DNA of 64,000 nucleotides, taken from Harriotta raleighana (taxonomy: Eukaryota). Where the stretch lies: NCBI GenBank assembly GCA_050575255.1, contig JBNZDD010013726.1, positions 620,001-684,000 of the forward strand, read 5' to 3'. Position numbers and translations under genes: made by a program. This document shows positions 52,001 through 58,835 of the stretch, piece after piece (within the stretch, counting starts at the first letter, position 1; each line of letters opens with the position of its first letter). Below the pieces are notes generated by a model. That model searched no databases and had not been told where the DNA came from. It was given only the letters and a program-made list of their open reading frames with translations.

Positions 52001-53175
52001 TTTACAACAATATTACACTTGTCTGGCGCCTTTCACATCAGGAGGATGTCCCAAGGTCCTGGATAGTCACTGTGTCAGACCTGATTTGGGGACAGGGTGT
52101 GGAGGGAAAGGGGGATTAGGAATTGCCGTTAAGACCATCGAAGAAGAGAGTTTTGAGGCGGGAATTGGAGGAGGCCGGGGAAGGGGCGAGGCAGAGGGAC
52201 TGCGGGATGGAGTTCCAGAGGTTGGGGGCAGAGTGTCAAATTTACCCCATCTCTAAATTAATTGGCTGCTCACCTCATTGTCGTTATGGGACATCACTAA
52301 AGCAGATGAGCTACTTTATTTAGTTTTATCCATTCATCCCATTTTGTATCATTATTTTCTGTGAGGCTCCTTCAGATGCTTATAATTAGTGTGCAAGTTG
52401 TTGCTTTGAGGAAAAGAAAACTTTTTAGCCAGTTTAAGTCAGTACAGTAACTGGCAAAATGACAAATGGAATGGAAAGAAGTGTCATCAGATGCAGGAAT
52501 TGCAGATGGAATATATTCTAAATGAATAAGGACTGGGGATAATAAAAGGATCCTGGGAGAAGAAGACAAGAAATTAAATTTTAAATTTGCAACTTCAGAA
52601 AATGCTCAAATAAGTAAATGAAATACAGAACTTTTATTGTGCTGATTCAGTTATAATGTTGATGAGCTGTACATGCCAATCACTCTATGCAACCAGCGCT
52701 CGCCAGAAAGGTGATCTGGAAGTCAACTTTTTTTAATAAAAAAGCTTGCAGAAAATTACTGCATTTGCATGCTTGCATGGTAAGCCAATCATACAAAATC
52801 GTTTTATGGATCCAGTCACCACACTATATATAACTAGACTCCATTGTATTCAGAACAACAAGGTAGTTATTTGGGAAGTAAGGGTAACAAATGGGCATCC
52901 TCATGACGTGAAAAGCGCTATTCAAGCGTAATTTTGTTGTTGTTGTTGTATTATGTAATATGGAAAAGGGGAGAAATTTAGATAATACCTCCCACAATAT
53001 ATAAAATGCTGGCAGGGTTCTAATATTAACAGAATTTGTTTACCTATCAATCCATAGGCCAGGAACTTGTTAACTGATGTTAATGCCAATCCTGTGATAG
53101 GTCCAGTTGTGTCTTCTGACCTAATCACCTCCAAGAAAGGTCGAAGGAAAACATTTGGTTCTATTTCTGAGAGCT
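1383..53175 (-). CDS. GBF1: GBF1 Arf-GEF, partial spliced CDS (30 exons, ~exons 4-33; 5' and 3' ends outside window)
   Basis: Thirty GT-AG exons join into one 4421-nt reading frame with consistent phases. It contains hallmark GBF1 peptides: [24 protein letters not shown] (HUS box), FRLPGEAP (Sec7 glutamic finger), [11 protein letters not shown] and [11 protein letters not shown]. Confidence 0.98.
1835..2081 (-). CDS. GBF1: GBF1 exon ~32 (247 nt)
   Basis: tgcag|GTG...G|gtaagt; VGKDDLE...[45 protein letters not shown]...LNG. Confidence 0.96.
2751..2820 (+). mobile_element. CR1 LINE 3' terminus
   Basis: GACTCGATGGGCCGAATGGCCTCCTTCTGTGCCGTAA followed by TTCTATGATTCTATGAT, the canonical CR1 tail. 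Confidence 0.85.
3144..3304 (-). CDS. GBF1: GBF1 exon ~31 (161 nt)
   Basis: taaag|GT...GTG|gtaagt; GAQSDSE...[12 protein letters not shown]...[18 protein letters not shown]. Confidence 0.96.
3714..3939 (-). CDS. GBF1: GBF1 exon ~30 (226 nt), HDS2
   Basis: tttag|GTT...CAG|gttaga; [44 protein letters not shown]... Confidence 0.96.
4562..4715 (-). CDS. GBF1: GBF1 exon ~29 (154 nt), HDS2
   Basis: tgtag|G...CAG|gtattc; [17 protein letters not shown]...[26 protein letters not shown]. Confidence 0.96.
5416..5510 (-). CDS. GBF1: GBF1 exon ~28 (95 nt), HDS2
   Basis: accag|GCT...AG|gttgga; [32 protein letters not shown]. Confidence 0.95.
5786..5907 (-). mobile_element. SINE 3' fragment
   Basis: Tail TAATAATTCTTGCATTTGAT ... 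GTGGGCAAAACGCGGCAGCCAAT, same family as 7072-7425. Confidence 0.8.
6611..7021 (+). mobile_element. MITE family B (pogo/Tigger-like), short copy
   Basis: Left end TA|tAGTAATAGCCCGTTTATCTG and right end CAGATAAACGGGCTTTTACTG|TA. Shares the subterminal block AATATTCTGTTATTATTTAGTC with the other B copies. Confidence 0.82.
7072..7425 (-). mobile_element. full-length tRNA-headed SINE (DeuSINE-type body, L2-like tail)
   Basis: Head TGGAGTCCTGTAACTCAGTGGTTAGAGC with A box and B box GGTTCAAATCC. Body GCTGTGCGCAATTG; tail AAGCGCTTTGAGAC...AAATGCAAGGA(TTA)n. Confidence 0.88.
7485..7556 (-). CDS. GBF1: GBF1 exon ~27 (72 nt), HDS2
   Basis: tccag|CAA...AAG|gtatgt; [24 protein letters not shown]. Confidence 0.96.
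8085..8208 (-). CDS. GBF1: GBF1 exon ~26 (124 nt)
   Basis: tgcag|T...AAG|gtggat; [41 protein letters not shown]. Confidence 0.95.
8455..8875 (-). mobile_element. CR1 LINE 3' fragment
   Basis: ATCATAGAATCAT tail, GGAGGTCATTCAGCCCATCGAG, and downstream ORF2-end-like sequence. Confidence 0.8.
10317..11070. mobile_element. degenerate inverted-repeat element enclosing a GT/CT low-complexity tract
   Basis: 10333-10362 matches the reverse complement of 11034-11063 at 24/30 positions. The interior 10410-10750 is degenerate (GT)/(CT) microsatellite. The outer termini are not cleanly paired. Confidence 0.45.
10408..10755. repeat. degenerate (GT)/(CT) low-complexity tract
   Basis: Read directly; explains the spurious Cys/Val- and Thr/His/Arg-rich ORFs in the track. 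Confidence 0.9.
11083..11820 (+). mobile_element. MITE family B, long copy
   Basis: TA|CAGTAAAACCTTGTTTACCCG ... CGGATAAATTAGGTTTTACTG. Near full-length reverse complement of 58002-58835. Confidence 0.87.
12342..12406 (-). CDS. GBF1: GBF1 exon ~25 (65 nt)
   Basis: ttcag|GTG...CG|gtagga; [22 protein letters not shown]. Confidence 0.95.
13420..13700 (+). mobile_element. old L2 3' fragment
   Basis: Ends CAGCGCCTTGGGAGATTCCTCCCAACGTGAAA...AATTTGTTGTTG, the same tail as at 6390-6450, 36310-36390, 37995-38055 and 52890-52950. Confidence 0.5.
14372..14548 (-). CDS. GBF1: GBF1 exon ~24 (177 nt), HDS1
   Basis: tgcag|TCA...GAG|gtaaga; [39 protein letters not shown]...PKAMVE. Confidence 0.96.
15091..15184 (-). 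CDS. GBF1: GBF1 exon ~23 (94 nt), HDS1
   Basis: ttcag|G...GAG|gtaagt; [31 protein letters not shown]. Confidence 0.96.
15330..15425 (+). mobile_element. SINE head fragment of a related subfamily
   Basis: GCCTTGCAAGCAAGAGGACTTGGGTTCAATTCCCGGG contains a B box and resembles the SINE head. Confidence 0.55.
16183..16419 (-). CDS. GBF1: GBF1 exon ~22 (237 nt), loop after J / HDS1
   Basis: tcaag|A...AG|gtaaaa; [20 protein letters not shown]...[15 protein letters not shown]...KAISGFR. Confidence 0.96.
18384..18466 (-). CDS. GBF1: GBF1 exon ~21 (83 nt), Sec7
   Basis: cacag|GAG...AA|gtaagt; [28 protein letters not shown]. Confidence 0.96.
20021..20215 (-). mobile_element. SINE body and tail (headless)
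   Basis: Matches the tail, body and linker of 7072-7425. Confidence 0.82.
20542..20667 (-). CDS. GBF1: GBF1 exon ~20 (126 nt), Sec7 motif 2
   Basis: cacag|AAA...GAG|gtatgt; [42 protein letters not shown]. Confidence 0.97.
21604..21772 (-). mobile_element. SINE body and tail, truncated at MITE B
   Basis: Matches the family up to GATTGAAATGACCAAT, then the MITE TIR begins. Confidence 0.82.
21775..22328 (+). mobile_element. MITE family B, divergent-interior copy
   Basis: CAGTAAAAGCCTGTTTATCC ... GAATAAACGGGCTTTTACTG|TA. Shares the AATATTCTGTTATTATTTAGTC block; abuts a truncated SINE. Confidence 0.82.
22915..23038 (-). CDS. GBF1: GBF1 exon ~19 (124 nt), Sec7 catalytic motif 1
   Basis: accag|G...CAC|gtatgt; [41 protein letters not shown]. 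Confidence 0.97.
23324..23971. mobile_element. MITE family C (Tigger-like)
   Basis: TA|CAGGTATCTCCTGATTTACGA ... TCGTAAATCGGGGGATACCTG|TA. CpG-rich interior with a ~50-bp tandem duplication (~23438-23550) and GA/CA tracts. Confidence 0.85.
25498..25700 (-). CDS. GBF1: GBF1 exon ~18 (203 nt), Sec7
   Basis: ttcag|TTG...GG|gtatgc; [26 protein letters not shown]...[21 protein letters not shown]. Confidence 0.97.
25832..26358 (+). mobile_element. old SacSINE1/AmnSINE-like DeuSINE
   Basis: Head GTCAGCCTGGCTCAGTT...AGAAGGTTGTGGGTT. Deu-like core GAGACATCAAACCAAGGTCTTGTTTGCCTGTTCGGGTGGAT...CCATGGCACTATTTGAAGA and tail AAATGCAAG. Family name from recall. Confidence 0.7.
26113..26230 (-). mobile_element. 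young SINE 3' fragment nested in an older DeuSINE
   Basis: TAATCCTTGCATTTGATATAGCGCTTTTCAC...GTGGGCGAAA, in opposite orientation to the host element. Confidence 0.8.
27050..27372 (-). mobile_element. L2-like LINE fragment
   Basis: Purine-rich stretch GAGAAAGGTCTTTAGG...GAGGGAAAGAGTTCCGAAG...GAATGGAGGGGGTGAG, typical of L2 ORF2 ends (recall). Confidence 0.5.
28238..28326 (-). CDS. GBF1: GBF1 exon ~17 (89 nt)
   Basis: tgcag|TT...AAG|gtaata; [30 protein letters not shown]. Confidence 0.94.
28593..28730 (-). CDS. GBF1: GBF1 exon ~16 (138 nt), divergent linker
   Basis: ttcag|GT...CTG|gtaaac; [14 protein letters not shown]...[17 protein letters not shown]...; phase 1-1 is required to link exons 15 and 17. 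Confidence 0.88.
29126..29312 (-). CDS. GBF1: GBF1 exon ~15 (187 nt)
   Basis: tctag|AAT...G|gtaaga; [37 protein letters not shown]... Confidence 0.95.
29421..29543 (+). mobile_element. SINE 3' fragment, diverged
   Basis: AATTGGCTGCCGCATTTT...ATCAAATGCAACGACTATTATTA. Confidence 0.7.
30114..30308 (-). CDS. GBF1: GBF1 exon ~14 (195 nt), HUS box
   Basis: tcaag|ATG...AAG|gtaagt; [23 protein letters not shown]...[23 protein letters not shown]. Confidence 0.96.
30583..30681 (-). CDS. GBF1: GBF1 exon ~13 (99 nt), HUS
   Basis: ttcag|CTG...GAG|gtaggt; [33 protein letters not shown]. Confidence 0.96.
30806..31017 (-). CDS. GBF1: GBF1 exon ~12 (212 nt), HUS
   Basis: ttcag|GT...CAG|gtacca; [30 protein letters not shown]...LCRHLFQ. 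Confidence 0.96.
31381..31600 (-). mobile_element. CR1 LINE 3' fragment
   Basis: GAATCATAGAATCATAGAA...GGCACAGAAGGAGGCCATTCGGCCCATCGAGTCTGTGC; reverse complement of 2751-2820. Confidence 0.85.
31673..31868 (-). CDS. GBF1: GBF1 exon ~11 (196 nt; NAGNAG acceptor)
   Basis: tgcag|AAG|AGT...G|gtatgc; ...[11 protein letters not shown]...[20 protein letters not shown]. Confidence 0.94.
32981..33240 (-). CDS. GBF1: GBF1 exon ~10 (260 nt), DCB-HUS linker
   Basis: caaag|GT...CTG|gtaaat; GEAHFMD...[25 protein letters not shown]...QQESL. Confidence 0.93.
33410..33802 (-). mobile_element. very old SINE relic
   Basis: Reverse-strand head-like GTGGCTTATTTAGTAATGCTCTCGCATCTGGGTTAGAGGGCTGTGG and tail-like CAAAGTGCTTTACA. 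Confidence 0.4.
34265..34348 (-). mobile_element. young L2-type 3' end with (ATTG)n tail
   Basis: Near-identical to 48873-48970: TTACATTTATATAGCGCCTTTCACGTCGGGAGAAC...GTAGGGATCAGAG. Confidence 0.75.
34607..34784 (-). CDS. GBF1: GBF1 exon ~9 (178 nt)
   Basis: cacag|CTT...CAG|gtaaga; [26 protein letters not shown]... Confidence 0.95.
34868..34891 (-). CDS. GBF1: candidate alternative GBF1 micro-exon (24 nt, phase 0-0), YPIETLQN
   Basis: Acceptor ggtttctttttttttaacag-type (T-rich tract + aacag)|TAT and donor AAC|gtaagg. In frame and stop-free; leaves an 83-nt intron before exon 9. Confidence 0.4.
35628..35830 (-). mobile_element. SINE body and tail (headless)
   Basis: Highly similar to 20021-20215. 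Confidence 0.82.
36310..36390 (+). mobile_element. L2-type tail with (TTG)n
   Basis: GCACTTTGGGACGTCCTCCCAACATGAAAGACGCTATACAAGTGTAAT(TTG)n. Confidence 0.65.
36520..37445. mobile_element. MITE family A, copy 2 (same orientation as copy 1)
   Basis: TA|CAGTTAACCCTCATCGA ... TCGACGATGGTTAACTG|TA. Shares long internal blocks with 294-1176, e.g. GCTAGGCTAAATTACT and GAGGAATCATCGGATTTAG. Confidence 0.88.
37579..37614 (-). CDS. GBF1: candidate alternative GBF1 micro-exon (36 nt, phase 0-0), [12 protein letters not shown]
   Basis: Strong donor CAG|gtaagg and acceptor ttttttcccccgag|GCT, with a CTAAT branch-like motif ~30 nt upstream. It is in frame and stop-free in the phase-0 intron 8. The GAG acceptor is atypical. 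Confidence 0.6.
39252..39306 (-). CDS. GBF1: GBF1 exon ~8 (55 nt)
   Basis: catag|G...AAG|gtatac; [18 protein letters not shown]. Confidence 0.95.
40875..41225 (+). mobile_element. degraded CR1 ORF2 C-terminal fragment
   Basis: Frameshifted CR1-like peptides [12 protein letters not shown] and [25 protein letters not shown]....TRGHRFQI. Confidence 0.8.
41916..41976 (-). CDS. GBF1: GBF1 exon ~7 (61 nt)
   Basis: tgcag|AG...AG|gtagaa; [21 protein letters not shown]. Confidence 0.95.
42994..43075. repeat. compound (TA)n(CA)n ... (TA)n(TG)n microsatellite
   Basis: Read directly from the sequence. Confidence 0.9.
43720..43828 (-). CDS. GBF1: GBF1 exon ~6 (109 nt), DCB
   Basis: tacag|GTT...G|gtaagt; [36 protein letters not shown]. 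Confidence 0.96.
45593..45711 (-). CDS. GBF1: GBF1 exon ~5 (119 nt), DCB
   Basis: tacag|AT...CAG|gtaatg; [40 protein letters not shown]. Confidence 0.96.
46130..46443 (-). mobile_element. full-length tRNA-headed SINE, same family
   Basis: Collinear with 7072-7425 from the head TGGAGTCCTGTAGCTCAGTGG to the (TTA) tail. Confidence 0.88.
47043..47430 (+). mobile_element. old SacSINE1-like DeuSINE
   Basis: Head GTCAGCTTGTCTCAGTTGGCAGCACTCTTGCC...; collinear with 25832-26358; tail AAGCACTTTGAGAC...AAATGCAAG. Confidence 0.65.
48873..48970 (-). mobile_element. young L2-type 3' end with (ATTG)n tail
   Basis: Near-identical to 34265-34348. Confidence 0.75.
49345..49605 (+). mobile_element. old DeuSINE core and tail fragment
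   Basis: TAAACTGAGGTCTTGTGTGCCTGTTCAG...GTCTCAGCCAA...AAATGCAAGAATTATT resembles 25980-26358. Confidence 0.55.
49905..50313 (+). mobile_element. variant SINE with duplicated body segment, C/T-rich inserts and long (TTA)n tail
   Basis: GTGGGACACTGCTGTGCACAATTTGGCTGCCGC occurs twice (~49912 and ~50052). Tail TGTAAAGCGCTTTGGGACGGCGATAAAATGTGGAAAG...(TTA)n. Confidence 0.8.
50717..51065 (+). mobile_element. SINE copy, 5'-truncated and interrupted by a MITE B fragment
   Basis: Partial head ACAAGCGAGAGACCTGGGTTTGATTCC. The body resumes at GGGGACACTGCTGTG and runs to the (TTA) tail. Confidence 0.83.
50823..50905 (-). mobile_element. MITE family B terminal fragment nested in a SINE
   Basis: TA|CAGTAAAAGCCCATTTATCCGGCACCCATGG matches the reverse-complemented right end of the family B copies. 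SINE sequence lies on both sides. Confidence 0.8.
52005..52232 (-). mobile_element. L2 LINE 3' fragment
   Basis: GCGCCTTTCACATCAGGAGGATGTCCCAAGG tail, then L2-like GAAGAGAGTTTTGAGGCGGG...GGAGTTCCAGAGG. Confidence 0.65.
53044..53175 (-). CDS. GBF1: GBF1 exon ~4 (132 nt, phase 1-1), DCB
   Basis: ttcag|AG...ATAG|gtaaac; (E)[43 protein letters not shown]. Confidence 0.96.
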
Positions 53176-55840
53176 CTGAAAGAAAAAGAAAAAATGGGTT
53201 TGTGTTACACTGTACATAATCAAACCAAAATCTAAATTTAAATCCAACAGAATATCAAACAAATACTAAAAATAGTATGCTAGCTCTATAATTCTTTTGG
53301 GTGATCCAACAGAAACCAACATAATCATCACTTACTTATTTACTCCATTTACCTATTTTCCCACTGTATATACACTAAATTTTTGAATGCATCAATAAGC
53401 ACTGAAAATAAATTTGTTAAGATGTTTTCAAATAAACCCTTATACAGTGGAGGCTGCAAGATTCGGACATGTCTAGGCAAGGTGCTTGGTCTGAATTACC
53501 CACCATCCAAAGTCTATACAGTAAATAGCACCCAGTTGTTCCCACTGCATAACCTACTACACCATCACTAACANTTAAAAGAATGCTCAGTGACCAATTA
53601 CATGCAAAAAAGGTGATTGTCTCTTTATAAATTTAAGTACTGTTCAGTATTCTTTTCTCCCAAACAGTGCAGTACTGTATTCTACACAAACTGATTGTGA
53701 GGGATGGGACCTCTGTTTTTTTATGATGCACTGTGCAAAAGGATTCAGTGGAGTTCGCATTCAAATTGGCATCTGCCGTTTTGTCCAAAACCAGAGGTCA
53801 AAGTTTACCTTATTGTAATATTGCCAACAACGTAAAGTATCATGGAACAATGGTAAGAAGCAGATTTATACTTGTAATCCTCCAAAAATGTGTTGATTTC
53901 AGAATCAATGGAACAGAAAGATGCCGAGCAAGAAAACTCAATTTCCCCATCATAAAATACAAACAAAACTGAGGTTACATACACAATAAAGGAATAATAA
54001 GTCACAAGATTTTCAGAATTGAATGACCACATCGTATTTTGTGTCAAAAAGGTTATCATCACAAAAAAACTTTACATTTTTATTTCATTATGAGCATGTA
54101 ACCAATACCAACTGATTATTAGTTTGTCAAGATGATTTCAAATTTATTTTCAGTGCTTCTTTTGCTATAGTTTTTTGACAAGCGTACAGTATATATATTT
54201 CAGTTAATGCTTTATGGAAATTCTACTAAAGAATTACAGATTGTGTTTGTCCTTGTCTAGTGTGAATGAGTTGAAAAGTTCATTATTTTACTTTTTAAAT
54301 AGGCTTCATTTAATTTCACAAAAACATCTTGGGGCTATCAGCTGCTCTAATAACACCCATCTAATGAAAACAGAAATGTGCACAGAAAAATATAAAACAG
54401 ATAAAGACAACATTCAAGAATTCTGAAAGTCACGAAACATTGAGTGACCTGATCCTGCAACTTTCAGATTGTCTGTGCCAGCAGTTCATAAGAGATGGAC
54501 CTCTTAAAAGCCACTCACATCTTAATTGTGTAGAGATGCAATATGAAACATCAAAGGCTAAGTTGACCTCTTGTTCACAAGAGTTTGCTACACATAGCAC
54601 ATTTTTCTCGACAATATTGAGAGCCAATTTTTCTGCTGGACTGAAACAATCTCAGCCTGTGAATTCAACAATTTCAAAAATCTTTCTGAATTAAATACAA
54701 TTGGATTCTATAAAGCACATCATATTTCTGTTCACTTCAGCTTTAAAATCATTCAGACCCAAAGCCCCAAACAACAATACATGTATTCACTCCTGTTCAA
54801 GTCAAGAACTCAATCCGTCCAGGACTGCAGAACAATCCTATTCAATTTGCATCAATACATGGGTTTCAACAGCATAAGATAAGAATTTACTGCAGACACA
54901 AGAAGTTATGGGAATGAAAAGCCATTTGGGCCAATAAGCCCATTCCTTCCATAGAAAACTTAAATGTTGCTCAATCACAGACTCCTCAAACTATAAACTA
55001 AATTCAAATTTAAAGTATATTTTTCTGCAGACCATTTCTCATTGGGTTGCCAAAAGGATGTGTCTAAGCAGTGCCTTGCAATTCAGATATGTAAAAAGGA
55101 AACCATTAAGAGAATACATCCGTTATATTTTCCTTCACTTTTACTGTCTGAATGCCGTCCTTCAAAGCTAGTCTACTGACAATTATAATCCACTTTGGGA
55201 AATCTGTTCCCATCTGCAAAATGGACAATGGAATGGAGGCGAGAAAAGAGATTTTAAGTTTTTTTTTTAAAAAGCCACATGATACAGATAAAATAAAATA
55301 AGTGTTCCACTTTTACTTCAAAAGTTTCTTTCATTAGTGTATGACTATGGTTACAAATTATCTTTGATATTTGAGTCACTATTATTTCATTAAGGGTATA
55401 TTCTGCATTAAATCTGAATAGAACCATACAAAACCACCCTTAAAACCACTGACAAGCACATAGAACCACTGACAAGAACAACCATTATCTTGCTAGGTTA
55501 TAAAGGAAAATCTGCAGGAACAGGCACTTGCCAAAAAAACTATGTTTTTTTACTTTAAAAAAATCATATTCAAATTGAGTGACATTTTGCCAGCCACTGT
55601 GAAAATTGCTGAATGATAAATTTGTGAGAGCCGAGGTTTCAGACTACAAAATCACAGTACAGGAGAAACAGAAAAGACAGACGAGTTTTTTAAGTAAAAA
55701 GGTTTTTTTTTTTTTACATGCAATATACGGGGAATCCAGGTATAATGCATACATTTGGGTTCACTATTCTAGTGGCACATAAGAAGCAAAGCTTGGGATA
55801 ATAGCCAACTTCCTGGGTGTGAGTTTGTTGCAGACTCAAC

Positions 55841-55944
55841 TTCCTGTGCACTATACACAGGAAGCACCCTTCCAAAACACTTCCTTCGAGAAGTGATGTC
55901 AGTGGTGCTTCGTGCATGTAGTGTGTATGTGTAGTGCACAGGAA
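55841..55944. other. nested imperfect palindrome/hairpin with clustered ETS (GGAA) motifs
   Basis: Stems 55841-57/55928-44 (17 bp, one G-T), 55861-68/55904-11 (8 bp) and 55878-83/55890-95 (6 bp). Confidence 0.6.
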
Positions 55945-58001
55945 ATGAAGTTAGTGATGATGTCAGTGACATTTTCATCTGACAAACAAATAGTCTTCCA
56001 TTTTTTAGCCTGGGATGCCAGCTAATCAAAATACCCATGCATCACAAAGATGAGTGACATTTACAGGATTTTACCATAGATTAATCTTGATGTGCAACTA
56101 CGGTTAGGATATTAAACGTGCTTCATTTTAAATGACAATTTTGTTGCACAAATGGATTTTAACTATTGTCAATACAATATCGTATTATGATAATATTTAA
56201 ATTAAACGCCAATCAAATGATTCTAATCTATGCCAAAACAGTTTGAAATTACAAACATTATAACAAGTGATTGTGACCATTTAAAGGCAAATTACCTGTG
56301 AACACTTTGAAGCAGAAATTTAAAAAAACACTGCAAATCTCATAGCCGGGGGGAAGGGGGTGAGAGAGAAGCTGCCAACAATAGATAATGAAGAGCTCAC
56401 CAGAGGTCAACACCTCTTAAATATCAGAACTCAGGGAAAAAAAAGTCTTATTCTACGAGATATGAAATGAATTGCACCATATTGATCCTAGGGTCAATGC
56501 TGTACTGTACATTTTCAGCTTGTGCTTCAACAGCCTCTCAATCATTTTCAATATTAGCAGAATAAGACACTACAGTTAAAATCAATTTTCAACAGTGCAG
56601 AAAAAAGGAGATCCAGCAAGACAAACAAGCTAACAATGAGAAACAGCTTTCGAATTCTTAAGGTCGAGCACACTGACCTGTGTACAACATTCCTAATGAT
56701 TTAACAATCCACAATGAAAGGATTGCTTCAGTGCACTTTTATAGTGAAGTGGAATTACATGCCATGCCCTCAAAATTTGCCAGACTTCATCGTTATAGTG
56801 AATTTTTATGGATACCCAAGAGTGAACCATACACAAATGCTATATTTAATCTAACCCCAATTTATACAAACCTAAAACAAAGGATTTTTTCCACTAGCTT
56901 AACTCTAAAAAATATCCATTGCAAATGCATCAGCAACTGTCAACTATTAAAGTAAAAATTACTACAGCAAACGCGATTTCTTTTTGATTACATCTCTCTA
57001 AAACATTTTTTCTAAAGAATTTATCAACTGTAATCCCAACAATTTTTTTTGCATTCAACTCCGTATCTCACTCAATAAGTACCAGTTTTAGAAAATACAA
57101 TGCAGCCATCAATGTCTAAAGTACAGTGCCACAAATGTTGCCATCAATACAGTTTTGCAAAAATCAATTGTGTCTGGTTATACAGTGAATTTCAAACGGA
57201 GATGACAATCCATGCAAATAATAATTTATCAGGAAAGTAAAAAATCTCTGCAATAGATAATTGTTCAATGCAATGCATAACTATGAGTACAGTTATTGTT
57301 CGGTTAGTTTTATGTCAGTATTTGCAAGATATAGTTCATCAGTTTCTTCAGTCATGTATCAAGTGTATTCCACGATATGCTGGTTTCCTACGTTCTATTG
57401 AACTAAAGTGTAGGAATTTTACAAATTCAAATGTCTGCCTTTCTTCCATGTGAACTATAGTCTCTTATTTCAGAAAATAAAAACAATTTTATAGCCTAAC
57501 CAATGAAATGAAAAAAATTAAGATAGTTATTCAAAGCAGCACATGATGACGGCACTGGAAATCCAAATACAACTTGACAGGTGGCACCAAGCCCATCAAG
57601 CTATTGTGTTTGGTTAATCTGATCACACTGACTGAATGACTTCTTTTTGAAAGGTTTGCGAGATCACATCAGTTAATTTCCCACAAGCATGGTCAACAGA
57701 GTAAATTTGTGAAAGGGAAAAGTACTTTTTAAAAATGTTTATTTTAACATTTCTGAATGGGTTTTCTCCTGGGATACAACCATAGTGTGGGTAATGCTTC
57801 AACACCACTGAAACACCAACTCCAAAAATGAATTTCTCATTCCCATGTCTTTGATAAGCTTCCAAGTATATGTTGAACACTCACTGGACCTTCAGAAAAA
57901 ACGATGGAAACATTACACTAAATATGGGAGATCATTTCTGAAACATATATGTAGATGTAAAAGAAAATTAAAGAAGGGACAGTGAGTAGTAAAGTTGAAT
58001 A

Positions 58002-58835
58002 CAGTAGAACCCCGTTTATCCGGCACCCGCGGGACCTGGCCATTGGCAGTTAAACAATTTTTCCGGATTTATTTAAAAAATTAATATAATTTATAATTTA
58101 TTTTTAAAAATTAATACAATTTTTTAAAAATTAACACATACCATATTAATAATGGACTAAATAATAACAGAATATTCTATTAGTACATTATTATTTATAC
58201 TTAACTTTGCAATTGCAGCACTGATTCGACGGGAGGTAAAAAATGCGACTTTAAAAAGCAACGAGTTTAGACCTAACAGGCAGCACACACACATACACAG
58301 ACACACACACACATAGACTCATGGACACACAAACAGACAGACACAGACCCTCGAAGATATTCAGTCTGAATCCATCGTATAAATTCTGTCCACAATCCTC
58401 ACCCCCCACCCCACCGTCCCTTTCCTCTCTCTCTCTGCATCAACCTGCCTGCCATTTCTCTCTCTCACTCCATTATGCTTTCCCCTATCTCTCTCTCCCT
58501 TTCCCCCCTCTCATTCGCTCCCCACTCTCTCTTTCTCTGTCTATCCATCCCCCCCCCACTCCGTCTCTCTCTGTTTCCCCCCCCCACCCCTCCCTCTCTC
58601 TCTGGCCGCCAGCTGCAGCAGTATTCATTATGTATACAGTACTTAACTTCCCAACGACAGGCGCATCTGAACGAAGTAAAAAAAGAAACTTTCAAAGGGG
58701 CCCGGAACAAATTTAGACCTGACATTAAACGCGTCTCCAGATAACTTCCGGTTAATCAGATCGGGACTTTTTTATGAGATGGCGGTTGAACGGGTTTTCC
58801 GATTATTCGAGTCACGGATAAACGGAGTTCTACTG
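58002..58835 (-). mobile_element. MITE family B, long copy, inverted relative to 11083-11820
   Basis: TA|CAGTAGAACCCCGTTTATCCG ... CGGATAAACGGAGTTCTACTG|TA; 21-bp TIR with 1 mismatch and TA duplication. Confidence 0.9.

Noticed and set aside
53440-53680. TACAGTGG... terminus-like start near a single N at 53574
   Set aside because: No matching TIR could be identified. The N may be an ambiguous base or assembly join, so structure here is unreliable.
58321-58744. ORFs of 86-131 aa
   Set aside because: They come from the CT/CA-rich interior of MITE B.
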